NCBI GenBank assembly: GCA_951406725.2
Contig: OX597825.1
Location: 53,878,001-53,942,000, forward strand
Length of the DNA stretch: 64,000 nt
From: Octopus vulgaris
Lineage: Eukaryota
Direction: 5' to 3'
The position numbers and the translations under genes are program-made. Below the pieces are notes generated by a model. That model did not search any database, was not told where the DNA came from, and saw only the letters and a program-made list of their open reading frames with translations. Below are positions 15,481 through 29,224 of this stretch, piece after piece; the stretch's first letter is position 1, and the number at the start of each line of letters is the position of its first letter.

Positions 15481-17789
15481 ACATTAAATATATCATTTCA
15501 CGGGTTGACCACACATTTAAAAAGAAATGATTTGAAAAATAGGGTACGCAAGTGTAGGTATTTTGAATTTGAATATCGGTGTCATGTGAGAGATAAGTTA
15601 TTTCCTCTTCTCCTGTATAAGGAAAATCTAATGGAGGCAATTTTACTGAAAACCTCACAACACACCCAGAGAAAAGAGTATAGTGCAATTATATTTTAGT
15701 TTCAATTGTTTTAACAGTTTTACTTTTCCTATGTCTTGCTTTTTAATTCGATATTTTACTCATACCCACACATTCTATCGATCTTGTATTAGTAGTAAAG
15801 TTATTATTATTTATGTTGCAGTGATTATTATTGTTCTTCTGATTCTTATTTCTCTTCATTTTCTGTCATTATTTTATTGTATTTATTTATTTGTCGCATA
15901 AAACGTCCACTGATCTGTCTCAGTGGAATTTAACAATAGACGACGATGATGATAATTTTCGTCAACTCTGCAAAGCAGCCCTCGTTTCGTCTCTCACTCG
16001 TAGCCTTTTACAGTTGTTTTGATTTTCTTCCCCTGTCCTTATGGCAGAAAATAAAATTGCAACCTCAGAGCAACATAGTGATGTAAAGTGATGCCATTCA
16101 CTAACAAGTCTCAAAATTTCCTCAGTTCACTGATCGACACCACATACTTATCAATAATTCATATTTCTTCTATCATTTTGAAAATCAAAATAGATCATCG
16201 TTACTACTTAGTATTTATAACGATCGTATCACATATTCACGCTTCTATTAACATGGTCAGTTGGCACTGATAACAATCTCTTATATCAGTTAAAATGGAG
16301 TCTCTAAGTAGTCGCTACCTCTTCGGGGAATAGGAACCAAATTGTCCTCAAACCAAACCCTTCAATTAAAGTATAAAAGGGAAAACATAATTTGTACTGT
16401 AGTGGTAATCTCAAACAGACGGAATTGTGATAAGATGAAAGATCTTGACACGTTTTCGTCAATCAAGAATGATATGGGATTATACAATAGCATTAAGAAT
16501 TTAAGCAGAATCTTGGTGCCATTCCACCTAATTTTAAGCCACAACTTTTATCTTCTTAGTGTAATTGTGTCTATATGTATATTTCCTCTGTTCTATCTCA
16601 TTTTATTCTCGTCACACCGCAACTATTCCTATTATTACTATCGCTTTGGAATCTAACTGCTTTTACTGTAACGACTGTTCTCATTCACTCAGTTCGTGTT
16701 ATTTTAATCAGGCCGTTTACTTACATCATGAATCTGCCATTCAGCCCTTCAAATTTGCCTTCTTTTTCTAAAAAAAATAAGAAGCATCTTCAATTATACA
16801 TCTTTTCCTTATACTGTTTTTAAGCTAGGAGTAACTACTGGGATGTTGTTTGTTTCGTGTTTTGTGTGAATGAAAAAGTATTTCTCTTCTATCCTATGTA
16901 TTAAACATAAATATAAAGAATACAGAATAGATTCAATTCTGGTTAGAGTTAATTACTTTGTATTGGTATGAGCTTTGTTTTTTCAACATGAAGTCAAGCT
17001 GGTTATATTTCTATTTAAACCAAAGAAACCTAAATAATCCTAAGCAGAACTGAATCAGATAAGCCACCAGCGAAACCTTCGATTTTGACGCTTGACGATT
17101 TTGAAGACTTCACCATGTTTCCTCACATCAAATTTCGTTTAAATAGGATCCAACAGCATGCGTAGAATACATTTTAATGCATGCAAAACCAAAATCTCCT
17201 TATTTGAATGAAGGTCTACGGTGCAAAGCATTTGCTATTACATTTTTGGCAACTAGATATTTTGTTCTGACCCATTATTCTGACTCTCCTCTTCACCGTT
17301 TCCACTATGGAGTTGTATTTCGAGATAATTATATACTTTTTGAGTGTTACCCGGTAGTTATATACAAACACTTGTCGACAGTAACTGCTACGCGCACATG
17401 AATAATTATATTGCCTCACGAAAATTAAGACACATTCGTAGCCAACGTATGAGCATGTATTTTTCGCCAGACTTTGTATCCTTAGAGCTTATGTTTAGCA
17501 TTAATGGTCCGGGTACAGTTTATTAAAAAAATAATCAACCCTGTCCTCACTTGATTATCGCATTTAACAATATACATACATCTTAAAAATCATGTTATGG
17601 TTGGCACAGTTCGTATGCCATCACGCACCAGCCAGAAATTCCTTTAACTTTTATATAGAAACCATCAAAGTTTCATAAGAGATTACACAAACTTCCTTTA
17701 TGCCAATTTCTGGATAAAGTCCTTAAGTAATGAATCTCATCCTTTACCCAAAGTTGTTTGATATCACTTTAACATTTTCACCTAAGAAG

Positions 17790-17880
17790 CGCGGGCATGT
17801 GGCAGGAACGTTTGCACGCCCAACAAAATGCTTCGCGCCATTTCTTCCGACTTAACGTTCGGATTTCAAATTTTTCCGGT
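17790..17880 (+). mobile_element. 5' fragment of the Nin-domain SINE family
   Basis: GGCAGGAACGTTTGCACGCCCAACAAAATGCTTCGCGCCATTTC...ACGTTCGGATTTCAAATT matches the head of the 28.5 kb SINE. Confidence 0.55.
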
Positions 17881-19289
17881 TTTGTGCCAAATCAATATTT
17901 TACTCTCAATGCTAAGAAAGAGTGACGTGCTATAATCGTTTGTGATTTCTTTGTCATTTCAGTTTGCATGTTTACATGTCAAATTCTTACGCCGTCTTTG
18001 ACTGTCACGTTTCTCTTTGTATATGCATTTAATTTTTTTTTCCGCGTCTTATTTAAATTTTCAAAAATCTTGGAGTCCCATTCGATGTTGTCACATGTAG
18101 GTCCAGCTACTGTCTATGTAAATAGAAAGGTTCCCATTTAAGACACTACTAAACGATCATTGCTTATACTTTGACCCGGAGAGAAAGAGTGATTTTTAAA
18201 ATGTTTCGAAACCCTTTGTTGTTACAAATACGAAAATAAATATTTTTCGATAAAGTAGTCCGGTGAGAAAACACTTAATAACCAGAGCTCTGAGAAGCAT
18301 AACAATTGAAATAATTTTTTTTTAAAATTATCATCACCGTGATCGTCATCACCATCATCATCATAGTTAATATCGTTGTCCTTGCACGGTTTTGCAATTG
18401 TTGTTTTGTGTGTAGCATTTACTACTTACAGTAAACACACTCAACACACGCAGACACACACAACACACAAACAAACACACACAAACACATATACATTTAT
18501 GTATGAATATATGTATGTAAATGTGTATGTGTGAAATGTGTGTAATTTTATCTGCCTTTCTTTTACTGTACCCTGTTTCACCCGCCTGGGAATTGCATGT
18601 ATGTCTGTATTGTAGAACTGTTCATGTATTCACAATTGAGCGTATGCATAGAAATGCAGAAAGCTGTAACTATGCATTCATGTATAACTATGTGAAATTG
18701 AAATATATAAGTACGAAAATTAATTTTATTCTGTCTGTCCATACAAACACGCACACACACATGTATATATATACATATATGGACGTACAATGCATGAATA
18801 TATATATATATATATGTGTGTGTGTGTTCTTTTACACACACACGCACATGCGTAAGTATGTATATCATCTGTATGTCTGTATGCCTACCTCAGGGCAAGT
18901 ATTTCCGCCATTTCCTGGGTTGAGTAAAGAAACTTTTATTTATTTATTTTGCAATCGATTTTTTATTACTTCCGGCCAGTCTATAATACTCAGTACAAAT
19001 GCTGCGATGTTACTACCACTTTATATGTGGTTACTATATGTGTAAACTATATATTAATTGATTGTGTGTTACTGTTTGTAGTTTGTGTTGTTTTCCTTCA
19101 GGTCTCTTTGTTTTGTCTCTCCTATGATGGCGAATTTCCGACGATATGTGCATGTGTCTATATTTGTCATGTCTAAAGTAACTCTTGATTCAATAACACA
19201 ATTTGTTGGTTGTTTTGTTGATTCCTGCAGGTCGTTTTGATATCACTAATAAAGAAATCTTGCTTTCTTATAATATTTTCTCTCGTTCA

Positions 19290-19680
19290 GTTATTTCATT
19301 TTTCAGTTTTATTTGTTGCAGTCATTAGAGTACGGCCATGCTGGGGTACGGCCTCTAGAAATTAATTCAGACAAAATTACTACCATCAATTATTATAAGT
19401 CTGGTAATTATTCTGAACGTTTATTTTTCTGACTAACATTTCGGTGTCGTAAAAAATGCATATCAGATTGCGGAGGTACAATTTCATATACGAAGGCACT
19501 CACGCATGTGTAAGACGGACTTCCACACAGATTCCTTCCACCAATTCGAATAAGAGATTAATGGTATAATTGAGGCTATTGTAGAAGACACTTAGCAAAT
19601 CTACAGTACAGAGTAATGGACACCAAAATCAGGTGATTGAGAAATGAACTTCTTAACCACACAGTTGTGCATGCTCCTCG
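19290..19680 (-). mobile_element. Degenerate SINE (same family as 9803-10221)
   Basis: GTCATTAGAGTACGGCCATGCTGGGG, GAGGCTATTGTAGAAGACACTT and CTTCTTAACCACACAG match the reverse complement of the family. Confidence 0.6.
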
Positions 19681-20104
19681 GTGTCATTTATCAAGTACGG
19701 CTGTGCTAGCGCTGTTGGAGCAAAATCACATATGTTCTGATTAAAGTACAGCTATTTTGAATGTAATCATTGTGGTGAGCGATCACCAAGTGAAATAATT
19801 TTTTCGTTTTTAAACATTATATATATATTGTCTAGAAATCTATATTCTGAGGCTGGCAGATTTGTAAAATGTTAGTTTCGCCGTCACGTTGTCATGGGTT
19901 CCATCTCAACACGACCTGCTTTAGTCAAAATAACAATGTTATGGATTCTTGTAGACACATATTTTGCAAAAGAGATTGGACTGCCGTAGGACTACGTCGG
20001 ATGGCTTGTACCTGTAATTACAACCCTGTCACACACTATTGCTGCTGCTCTTATTATATTAGAGTAGTAATAGTAGTAGTAGTAGCAGCAGTAGCAGCAG
20101 CAGC

Positions 20105-20320
20105 AGCAGCTGTCAGAAGCGTTAGAATATTGGATGACATGATTTCTGTTATTTCTTTTGGAGCTTTACGTCCTAAGTTCAAATCACGTAGAGGTCAATA
20201 TTGAATTCAATCACTTCAGAATAAATGATGTACAATGACATTAAAATACAGGGGTCGATGCAACCGATTTATCCTTCAGCCACAAAATTGTTGGCCTTCA
20301 ACCAAAATTTGAAAGCATTG
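20105..20320 (+). mobile_element. Degenerate Nin-domain SINE
   Basis: Head GCTGTCAGAAGCGTTAG...TTTACGTCCTAAGTTCAAATC...GAGGTCAA, core GGGGTCGATGCAACCGATT and tail CAAAATTTGAAA. Confidence 0.55.
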
Positions 20321-20478
20321 TTGTCATTTCCCGTTCGTGCTGATAATTTTTTGCAATAATTTAAAAAGAAACGTCGGTAAATTCCCTCTTTGTGTCGTTC
20401 TACAAGTCCCAAATTATATTCTCTTGCCCCTTCCACGACAACATTTCTGTGTGTATTCTATTATATTATTAAAATATA

Positions 20479-20578
20479 TATATTCTATAATACTAGAATA
20501 TATTCTATATTGCTGAAATATATTCTACATTGCTGAAATATATTCTGTGACGCTGGTAAATATTCTAATGTGGCAAAT
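20479..20578. repeat. Minisatellite with a 20-bp unit, about 5 diverged copies (TATATTCTAYATTGCTGAAA)
   Basis: Directly visible periodicity. Confidence 0.8.
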
Positions 20579-21219
20579 CTCTTATTATACTCATTTGGGT
20601 GATGCCAGAAATAATGTGAATAATTCATACTTCATTTTCTCATCTTTTTCCTCGTCATCATATGCTAAATCACCCTTTTCAGGAAAAGATTTTTGTAGTT
20701 TGCGAATGTGGTGGTGGCGTTGATGGGTCTTCGTTTATGTGCCGTAATCAAAACCCCTTCAGATATTTACGCTTTCCGATTGGCTTGCAAGTTTTTTTTT
20801 GTTCATGATTGTTAGTTATTTTATACTAATATTTATTGATTTCCTTTCATTCTTTCCTCGAAGCTGCTGTAGTTCGATTACGCATGTTTTTAATATATGT
20901 GGAGAGGACATATACATTTCTGAATGTGCGTGTCTACACTCGTTCTGTGTAGACTTTTGGGTCTTATATAATAATCATTGTCGCTATTTTCACTGGGTTT
21001 CTATTTAGGATTGCTACATATAACACGCTCATACACACACTCAAACATACATACATGATATTTTTTCACTATCTCACTCATACACTCTCACACACACATA
21101 TATGAATATATATATGTATATTTTTTCCTTGAATCATAACAAGCTTCGGGCCTTTCATCAACGGATACCTTCACCTAGGCGATTCACAAAGTGTAAATCA
21201 ATCCATACGTGCGTATGTA

Positions 21220-21280
<61 letters not shown>

Positions 21281-21283
21281 ATA

Positions 21284-21950
21284 AGAGGTCTGATCAATAA
21301 GTATCTGGAGTGTTGCCATAGCAACGAAGCTAAATAACGGAGAGTGACACTGCTTTACAGAGATTGAACTTGAACACTGTTGTTCTGTTGTGCATACCCA
21401 CACCGTATTTACGTTCTAGCTTACATCTGCTGTTTACAGCAATACTTCGAATGAATGTGTGCATCGCGTGATGTCTGAATCACCCTCATTGAGTCATCAG
21501 ATGATGTTCAATTTTCTCATGATTCAGTTCAGTCCATTATCACTAAAGATTTGGGCATGAGACGCGTGTCTGCTACGTTTGTGCCAAAACTGATTTCAGC
21601 AGACTAAAAAGACGCTCGGGTTTCAATTGTACAATATCTCCTTGATTGTGCCGAGAACAATGAAAATTTTGCGTGTGCCTGTGAAAAGGTATTGCTAAGC
21701 TGTTGGCAAATTTCATGCAGAATCTCTGCTCAACTTTCTCTGTCATTGTCAATGAGGTGATCGCACACTACACACCTTCCTTCCAAGCAATGATATAAAC
21801 AGCGGAAGTGAGTTCGAACATTTAAACTTTGTGCGCATGCACAACATCGTTATGTTCAATTAAAGGTCAATCTGTGCTGAGCGGCTTTACTCTTCATGCT
21901 TCAACTTCGTTAATATGGCAACTGTCCGAATACTTACTGAGTAGACCACG
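21284..21950 (+). mobile_element. Mariner-derived non-autonomous element with long inverted ends
   Basis: Left TIR AGAGGTCTGATCAATAAGTATCTGGA follows a TA; right TIR TCCGAATACTTACTGAGTAGACCACG. Internal transposase relic DLGMRRVSATFVPKLISAD (about 21548-21605) is the mariner WVPxxL linker region. Confidence 0.8.
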
Positions 21951-21954
21951 TGTT

Positions 21955-22015
<61 letters not shown>

Positions 22016-22807
22016 CGGATCAATGAAGTTGGACCTATGAGTATCATATCTATTTGTTCCTATCCCTGCGTAATAGTGATGGGTGTCATGTCAATTGTTA
22101 AACCACAACTAACGGATGAACGGTTAGGGGATGATATACATATAGAAATATCGTTAACTTTCTCTCTATAGGTTAGTATATATTGGCTAATTATATCTCC
22201 ATATACAAGGCATAGGGCGTGTTAGAGAAATGTCCTATGAGAAAACGGTACCTAGTGCAAATAAAATCTAAGCGTTGAAAACAATACTTGGTATTTTACT
22301 TAAGAATCATAAAAAGATAGTAAAAGTTTAGCGTAAAAAACTTAGGCTTGTAAAACTTATAATAGAAAGTTTATGTAGTCAGTGATGAAAAATATAGGGT
22401 GAGAAAAAGGAATTTGAAAGAATGAACTGGAAGAATATTAAGGACTCTTGTTTACTCAAAAGCCGTATTTGTGGCCACATGAATAATGATAAAGGAGAAA
22501 ATGAGGAAAGATATGAATACGATTGCAATTAAGAAGATTAAGGTTGTATTATACTTACGAAGTGTACTGTTAAGAAAAGGAAGAAAAAATAATTTCAGAG
22601 ATGTAGTAAGAAAAATAAATAGAAGAGATGAAGTAATGAATTAGAGAGGGCGAAAAGGAAAGGAAATTAGACTAGTGTAGGGGAGACATCTAAGAAGTAT
22701 TTAGTATTTTGGGGAGGTTGGAGGAAAGGGAATATTGAAAAAATAAAAGTAAAAGAGAGGGTAATGGGAAATGTATTAAATGTATATAGATAATGTTATA
22801 GATAAGA

Positions 22808-23453
<646 letters not shown>

Positions 23454-23464
23454 TATTATTATTA

Positions 23465-23556
<92 letters not shown>

Positions 23557-23559
<3 letters not shown>

Positions 23560-25406
23560 GTTTGACTTTTGCTTTATATTTGTACAAGTTAGCTCCAAGT
23601 CTCACCCGGAGACCTCAAGAGACAACAGGTTGGAAGTTCACGTTGTTGTTATGCCTAGTGTGCCATATACTTGGTTGTTTTTTGTGTTGTACTGGTGGAT
23701 ATCTAAAAAAAAAAGGAAAAATGTTTGTTTTAAACCTTGAGATTACATAGAAAGTATTTTACGTAGGATATGAGCAGTTCCCATGAGCACTATCTTTTGA
23801 ATTTCTGCCATTTTTGGGTTTCCTGGTATCTGAGTTAGGTAGCTATCAGTCCCTTTTGCTATCATTCCCAGGGCACCTATGACAACAGGTATTGTTTTAG
23901 TCTTCAGGTTCCACATTTTGCTGATTTCTATTTCAAGATCTTTATATTTGCTCAGTTTTTGGTAGTTCTTGACAGATACGTTTATATCGATTGGGACAGT
24001 CATATCAATGAGGAGGCATGTTCTTTGTTTGAAGTCTTTCAATATGATGTCTGGCCTATTTGCATCTATCTTTCTGTCAGTTTGAATGGTGAAGTTCCAG
24101 AGGTGTGAGATGTGGTCATTTTCAAGCACTGGGGGTGGTTTGTGTTCCGACCAGTTTTTTTCATGGGGCAAATCCAGGTTTTTGCAGATTACCCAGTGAA
24201 TATATTGTGCAGCTCTATCGTGCCTGTTGAGATACTCTGTAGGCGCTAGAAGACTGCACTTGGAGACCACATGATCAATGGTTTCATTTTGTTGCTGGCA
24301 TACACGACACGTTGGACTGCTTCTGATTTTTAATATGTTGGCCTGGTAGTTTCTTGTTGGTAGGCATTGATCTTGAGCTGCTATGATAAACCCCTCTGTT
24401 TCAGATTTTAAGCCAGAGGCCTTTAGCCATTGATGGGTCAGGGCTTTGTCAACATCTGCATTATTCGTTCTCTTTGGGTATTTGCCATAGGGAGGTTTTT
24501 CTTGCCATTTATCATTCAGAATATCTAAAGCTGCAGATTTAGCACGGGTTTTCATGCGCTTAGCTTTTTCTGTGCCTGTTTCTTGTATGTCTATCTCTAA
24601 TTCCGAAATTTGTTGTATTCAGAATTCACTTAGATATTCCTTTGCCTGTTTTGTTACTGAGTATGATGCTTTCTTGTTTTCATGTTTTGAGACAAGTTTT
24701 AACATCCAGTCCTCAGACTTTTTCAGGTAGGTGTCTAGGCCAATTGTAGTATTCTTCATTGTTATTGCCAGTTGTAAAAGACCACGGCCTCCCTCTTTTC
24801 TTGGCAGATAAAGTCGTTCTGTATCTGCCTTAGGATGGTCCATTCTATGCATTGTCAACAGTTTTCGTATTTTTCTGTCAAGCTGACATATTTCAGTAAT
24901 TGACCAGTTAACGATATTGAAACTGTAAGTCACGACTGGTATGGCTAATGCATTGATCGCTTCGATCCTGTCTCTCGCATTCAGCTCTGTCTTGAGTATT
25001 GCTCTTACTCTGCGATAACATTCTCTCCTGATCCTTTCCTTCTTCTCTGAATGCCTTATTCCGTCTCCTTCAATTACCCCTAGATACTTGTAGTCTTCTG
25101 CTGGGTCTAATTCTTTTATGGCATTCTGCTGGTCAAGGTTAACGTTAGATGTTTCTGTCATTTTTCCTTTGATAAAGGTAGCTTTTGCACACTTATCGAG
25201 GCCAAATTGCATTCTGATGTCATCACTGAATTGTTTGACAATCGCTAGTAAGCCCTTGAGTTGTTGGTCATTTTTTGCAAAGAGCTTTAAATCATCCATG
25301 TAAATGAGATGATTTATATTTTTATCAAACATTTTATATCCGTACTGCGCGTCATTGAGCAGTTTTGAGAGAGGTATTAAGGCTAAACAGAAGAGGAGTG
25401 GTGATA

Positions 25407-25407
<1 letters not shown>
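23557..25407 (-). mobile_element. 5'-truncated R4/Dong-like LINE inserted in (TAA)n
   Basis: Begins at LSPLLFCLAL, then YMDDLKLFA, CRVCQQQNETIDHVVSKC, RHD, RPDIILKD...IDMTVP...KLSKYKDL. 3' UTR at about 23557-23742. (TTA)n on both flanks. Confidence 0.93.
23743..25407 (-). pseudogene. RT-thumb-CCHC-REL endonuclease ORF with a single in-frame stop at 24619-24621
   Basis: Track ORFs 24619-25332 and 23743-24555 are in the same frame; the 63 nt between them are open apart from the single TGA. Confidence 0.9.
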
Positions 25408-25499
<92 letters not shown>

Positions 25500-26742
25500 A
25501 TTATTATATATAAATTTATGTCATATGTATTTTTCCTTGCTCGGTATTTTACGAGTAAGAGAGGGTGTGACTACATATAGATATAAAATTTATGATCTTG
25601 CACATGAAAACCATACAGTAATAATTTACAGTAACTATTTGTGTATATATAAATATAGAGAGAATATATAGACAATAATGGACATAGATATTATCATACA
25701 GCGAAAATACGATAATACAAATGTGTACCTCAAATATGAAAGTACTAATGAAGTACTATTATATACAGAGAACCTATATTGTTGTACGCACACTTCCATA
25801 ATAGTTTTAAAAGATATTCATGGAAATTGTATTGGTGTTTTTGATATAAATGTAAGTTATTATGTTAAAAACCCAAAAAAGTACATAGTTTTAAAAATAT
25901 ATAAAGATAATAATTTATATTATGTGAATGATAAGTAGGAATATTATATAAGATTAATTCTGTGTAATAATTATAGTTTGGACTATTCATGTACATATGT
26001 GAGAAATATTTGGCTATATAAGAAGAATATGATCGTAATGAATAATAATACACGTTATATAGGTTTAGTGCATGCATATATTATAATTATTAAAATTCTT
26101 GGGTAAATAGATATATGTAAGGCTACATATATAAGTTACAATATTATAGAATAAGTGAATATCATATATACACAGTAGAGTATATGTATATACAATCATA
26201 TACGCATATATAGGCACACATACACATACACATATAAGCATATAGATACACAAATATATGTACATATAAATATATACTACATACACACACATATATATAT
26301 ACACGTGCATATACACATGTAAATAAATCTACTTACATACACACACACTTATACAAACAAATATAAATATACACACTTACACATACAAGCATATACATAT
26401 AAAAAACATACATTGAAGCGCACAGATGCAAAACCGCTCTAGAAAATACATGTGCATATATACAGGTATTAAAAATATACTCAATTGTTATACGGAATAA
26501 CTAATAACATATATAAATATTTGGTGATAGAGATTTGCTAGGAGGATGGGAAGATAAAAATGAGAGTAAATAGACATAGGTATACAAGGGAATACATATT
26601 AATAGGAATATATATGTATACACATATACTAAAAGTCTACATGCTGATGATGGTATATCTTACATATACACATATGAATGTGCACACAGGACCCATATGT
26701 ACCTGCATATATATATATGTATGTGTGCGTGTGCATCTCTCG

Positions 26743-26798
<56 letters not shown>

Positions 26799-27114
26799 CT
26801 ATGGAAAATTTGTTGTTCGAAATGCACTTAAAGTTGAGAAGCTTGTAATTTTTCGTAAATAAATTTATTTACATACAAAATTAGTTTCAACAGTATTTTT
26901 TGTTATAAAGTTATAGACAATTTTCCGTAATATAAGATATGATTTAAATGTTCATAGCATTCAATAATATAAAGAAATGTGGATCATCTTGTTTAAATGC
27001 AAAATTTCATAGTCTTAGAGGTGATCGATAAGAAATGTGGAGCGCCAAATGTTTGGTCATACTGAGTTAAGAGGGAGAAATGAAGATATTTTAAATAGGA
27101 CTTTGTTTACAGTT

Positions 27115-27465
27115 TCTGTTATTCTTTTTCTGTCGTGTGTACGGACTTTTCCTATCTTTTCCTGCGAGGAAATGCATCTCCTCTTTTGTTAAATATATAC
27201 ACACATACACACACACATTTTAATTGATTTTCTTTTCCCAGGAAGGAAAGTTTCTTGTCGAAGATACGTCTCGCTTTTATCCTTCGAAACGTACAGTAGA
27301 TGAAACCATAGCGACTGAAGAAGGGGTTTTTCCTTGTGTTAATTGTCCTGTACTCTATTTTTTTTCCTGTTTTTAAAAAAATGTCCAGTTCCTTTGGTTT
27401 GTGTCTATGTTTTCGTTTCTCATTGTGTTCGACGTCCTTTTGGTGTCCTGTACTCATATATGCGG
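27115..27465 (+). repeat. Dispersed repeat, family unassigned (second copy at 28790-29140 on the minus strand)
   Basis: Both copies share CGAAAY-N5-GTAGA...CTGWWGAAGGGG and end in GACGTCC/GTCCTGTA next to (TA)n. Confidence 0.5.
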
Positions 27466-27534
27466 GTATATGTACATGTAGAGGTAGGTACATACATATA
27501 TGTTTATATATATGCATCTGTTTTATTTTATTTA

Positions 27535-27588
<54 letters not shown>

Positions 27589-28015
27589 TATATAGATACT
27601 GTAGTTATATATTTATATTCAGCAGCACTCGCTTTTATGTGTGTGCCAGAATGAAGTTGACTTATTCTTAGTTAATTGTTTGTGTATTAACTTAGTATTT
27701 ACTTACTGAACAGCAAACAGCGTGAATAATTTGAAAAATATGAGTTATACGCGTGACATTCTACTTGTTTTTGTATGTGCCAAAATTACCCTCGCAAATA
27801 TCATAAACGGTATATGATTTCAGTAACTAGTTCAATAAATGCTAACGCACTAAACTCGCGTCACTTGAGACATTCTGTTATGATGGTTGCGGATGGATTT
27901 TGATTTTTTCGTATCGTCTATCTGGATGCTTTGTTGCCTCCTTTTGTATCACACAGTTGTCCGAATGTTTTGAGTTCTTGTCCCATTTTGTATTTGATTA
28001 TATATATATATATAT

Positions 28016-28075
<60 letters not shown>

Positions 28076-28077
<2 letters not shown>

Positions 28078-28460
28078 TTTTATTCGTTTATTCTTTTTAC
28101 TTTTTCAATCATTTGACTGCGGCCTTTACTCGAGCAAATTGACTGAATCTCTAGGTTATGGGGACCTGAACATATCAGTTTGGTTGTCAAGGGATGTGGT
28201 GGGGACAGACACAGACACACAAACATATACATATGCATACATATATACATATATATTGATAGATACATATATATATACATATATATATATATCCATATAT
28301 ACATGTAAATACGACGGGCTTCTTTCAATTTCCGTCTAGCAGATCTACTCACAAGGCTTTGGTCTGCCCAAGGCCATAGTTGAAGACACTCAAGGTGCCA
28401 CTGAACGTGGAACCATGTGGATGGTAAGCAAGCTACTTAGCGCACAGACACTCCTACGCC
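28076..28460 (-). mobile_element. SINE (same family as 9803-10221), internally deleted
   Basis: ACGACGGGCTTCTTTCAATTTCCGTCTA...ACTCACAAGGC...GAAGACACT...GGAACCATGTG is the reverse complement of the family head and body. Confidence 0.75.
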
Positions 28461-28543
28461 TACATATGTGTGTGTGTGTGTGTGTATGTATGTATATATA
28501 ATAAACAAGATATAATAAATACATGTATATATATGTATATATA

Positions 28544-28772
28544 TTTCTTTACTACCCACAAGGGGCTAAACATAGAGGGGACAAACAAGGTCAGACGAAC
28601 GGATGAAATCGATTACATCGATCCCAGTGCGTAACTGGTACTTAATTTATCGACCCCGAAAGGATGAAAGGCAAAGTCAACCTTGGCGGAATTTGAACTC
28701 GGAACGTAACGACAGACGAAATACGGCTGCGCATTTCGCCCGGCCTGCTAACGTTTCTGCCAGCTCGCCACC
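28544..28772 (-). mobile_element. Full-length tRNA-derived SINE with a Nin-like core and a Tx1-like 3' tail
   Basis: Minus strand: A box TGGCAGAAACG, B box GAGTTCAAATTCC, core GCCTTTCATCCTTTCGGGGTCGATAAATTAAGTACCAG, tail ...GTGGGTAGTAAAGAAA. Confidence 0.85.
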
Positions 28773-28789
28773 CTATATATATATGTATA

Positions 28790-29140
28790 TATGTTTACAG
28801 GACGTCACCAATGGTGCAAGTAACATGAAGTACGTAAACAAACGAGTTAAATACGTAGGTAACGAGAAAAACACAAAGAAAGGCCCCTTCAACAGTTGTC
28901 GGCTGCCTGTCTACTCCTTATTTCGTGCATTTAACTCAATATGATTCTCCAAAGAGAGTTGGTCCCATAAATTCTAATATAAGACTTATGGAATGTCAAA
29001 GTTTGGAACAAAAACATGACAGTGGAGATATGCAAGGAAACCTAGCGAAAACAAACATGAACGTGTGAGCAACGAGAGACAAAAGGAGAAAATATAATAG
29101 TATGTGAAACATACACGGAGAGAAAACCACAACGTGGATT
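28790..29140 (-). repeat. Second copy of the 27.1 kb dispersed repeat
   Basis: Same motif order and spacing on the reverse strand. Confidence 0.45.
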
Positions 29141-29189
29141 TCTTACATACTAAAATTATTTAATAACTTTTACCCTTGTATTTATAAAG

Positions 29190-29224
<35 letters not shown>

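Noticed and set aside
20479-20578. CRISPR-like array
   Set aside because: Contiguous 20-bp tandem units with no spacers, in eukaryotic context.
22010-22800. Purine-rich segment suspected to be a Penelope GIY-YIG remnant
   Set aside because: My translations gave no diagnostic motif; left unassigned.
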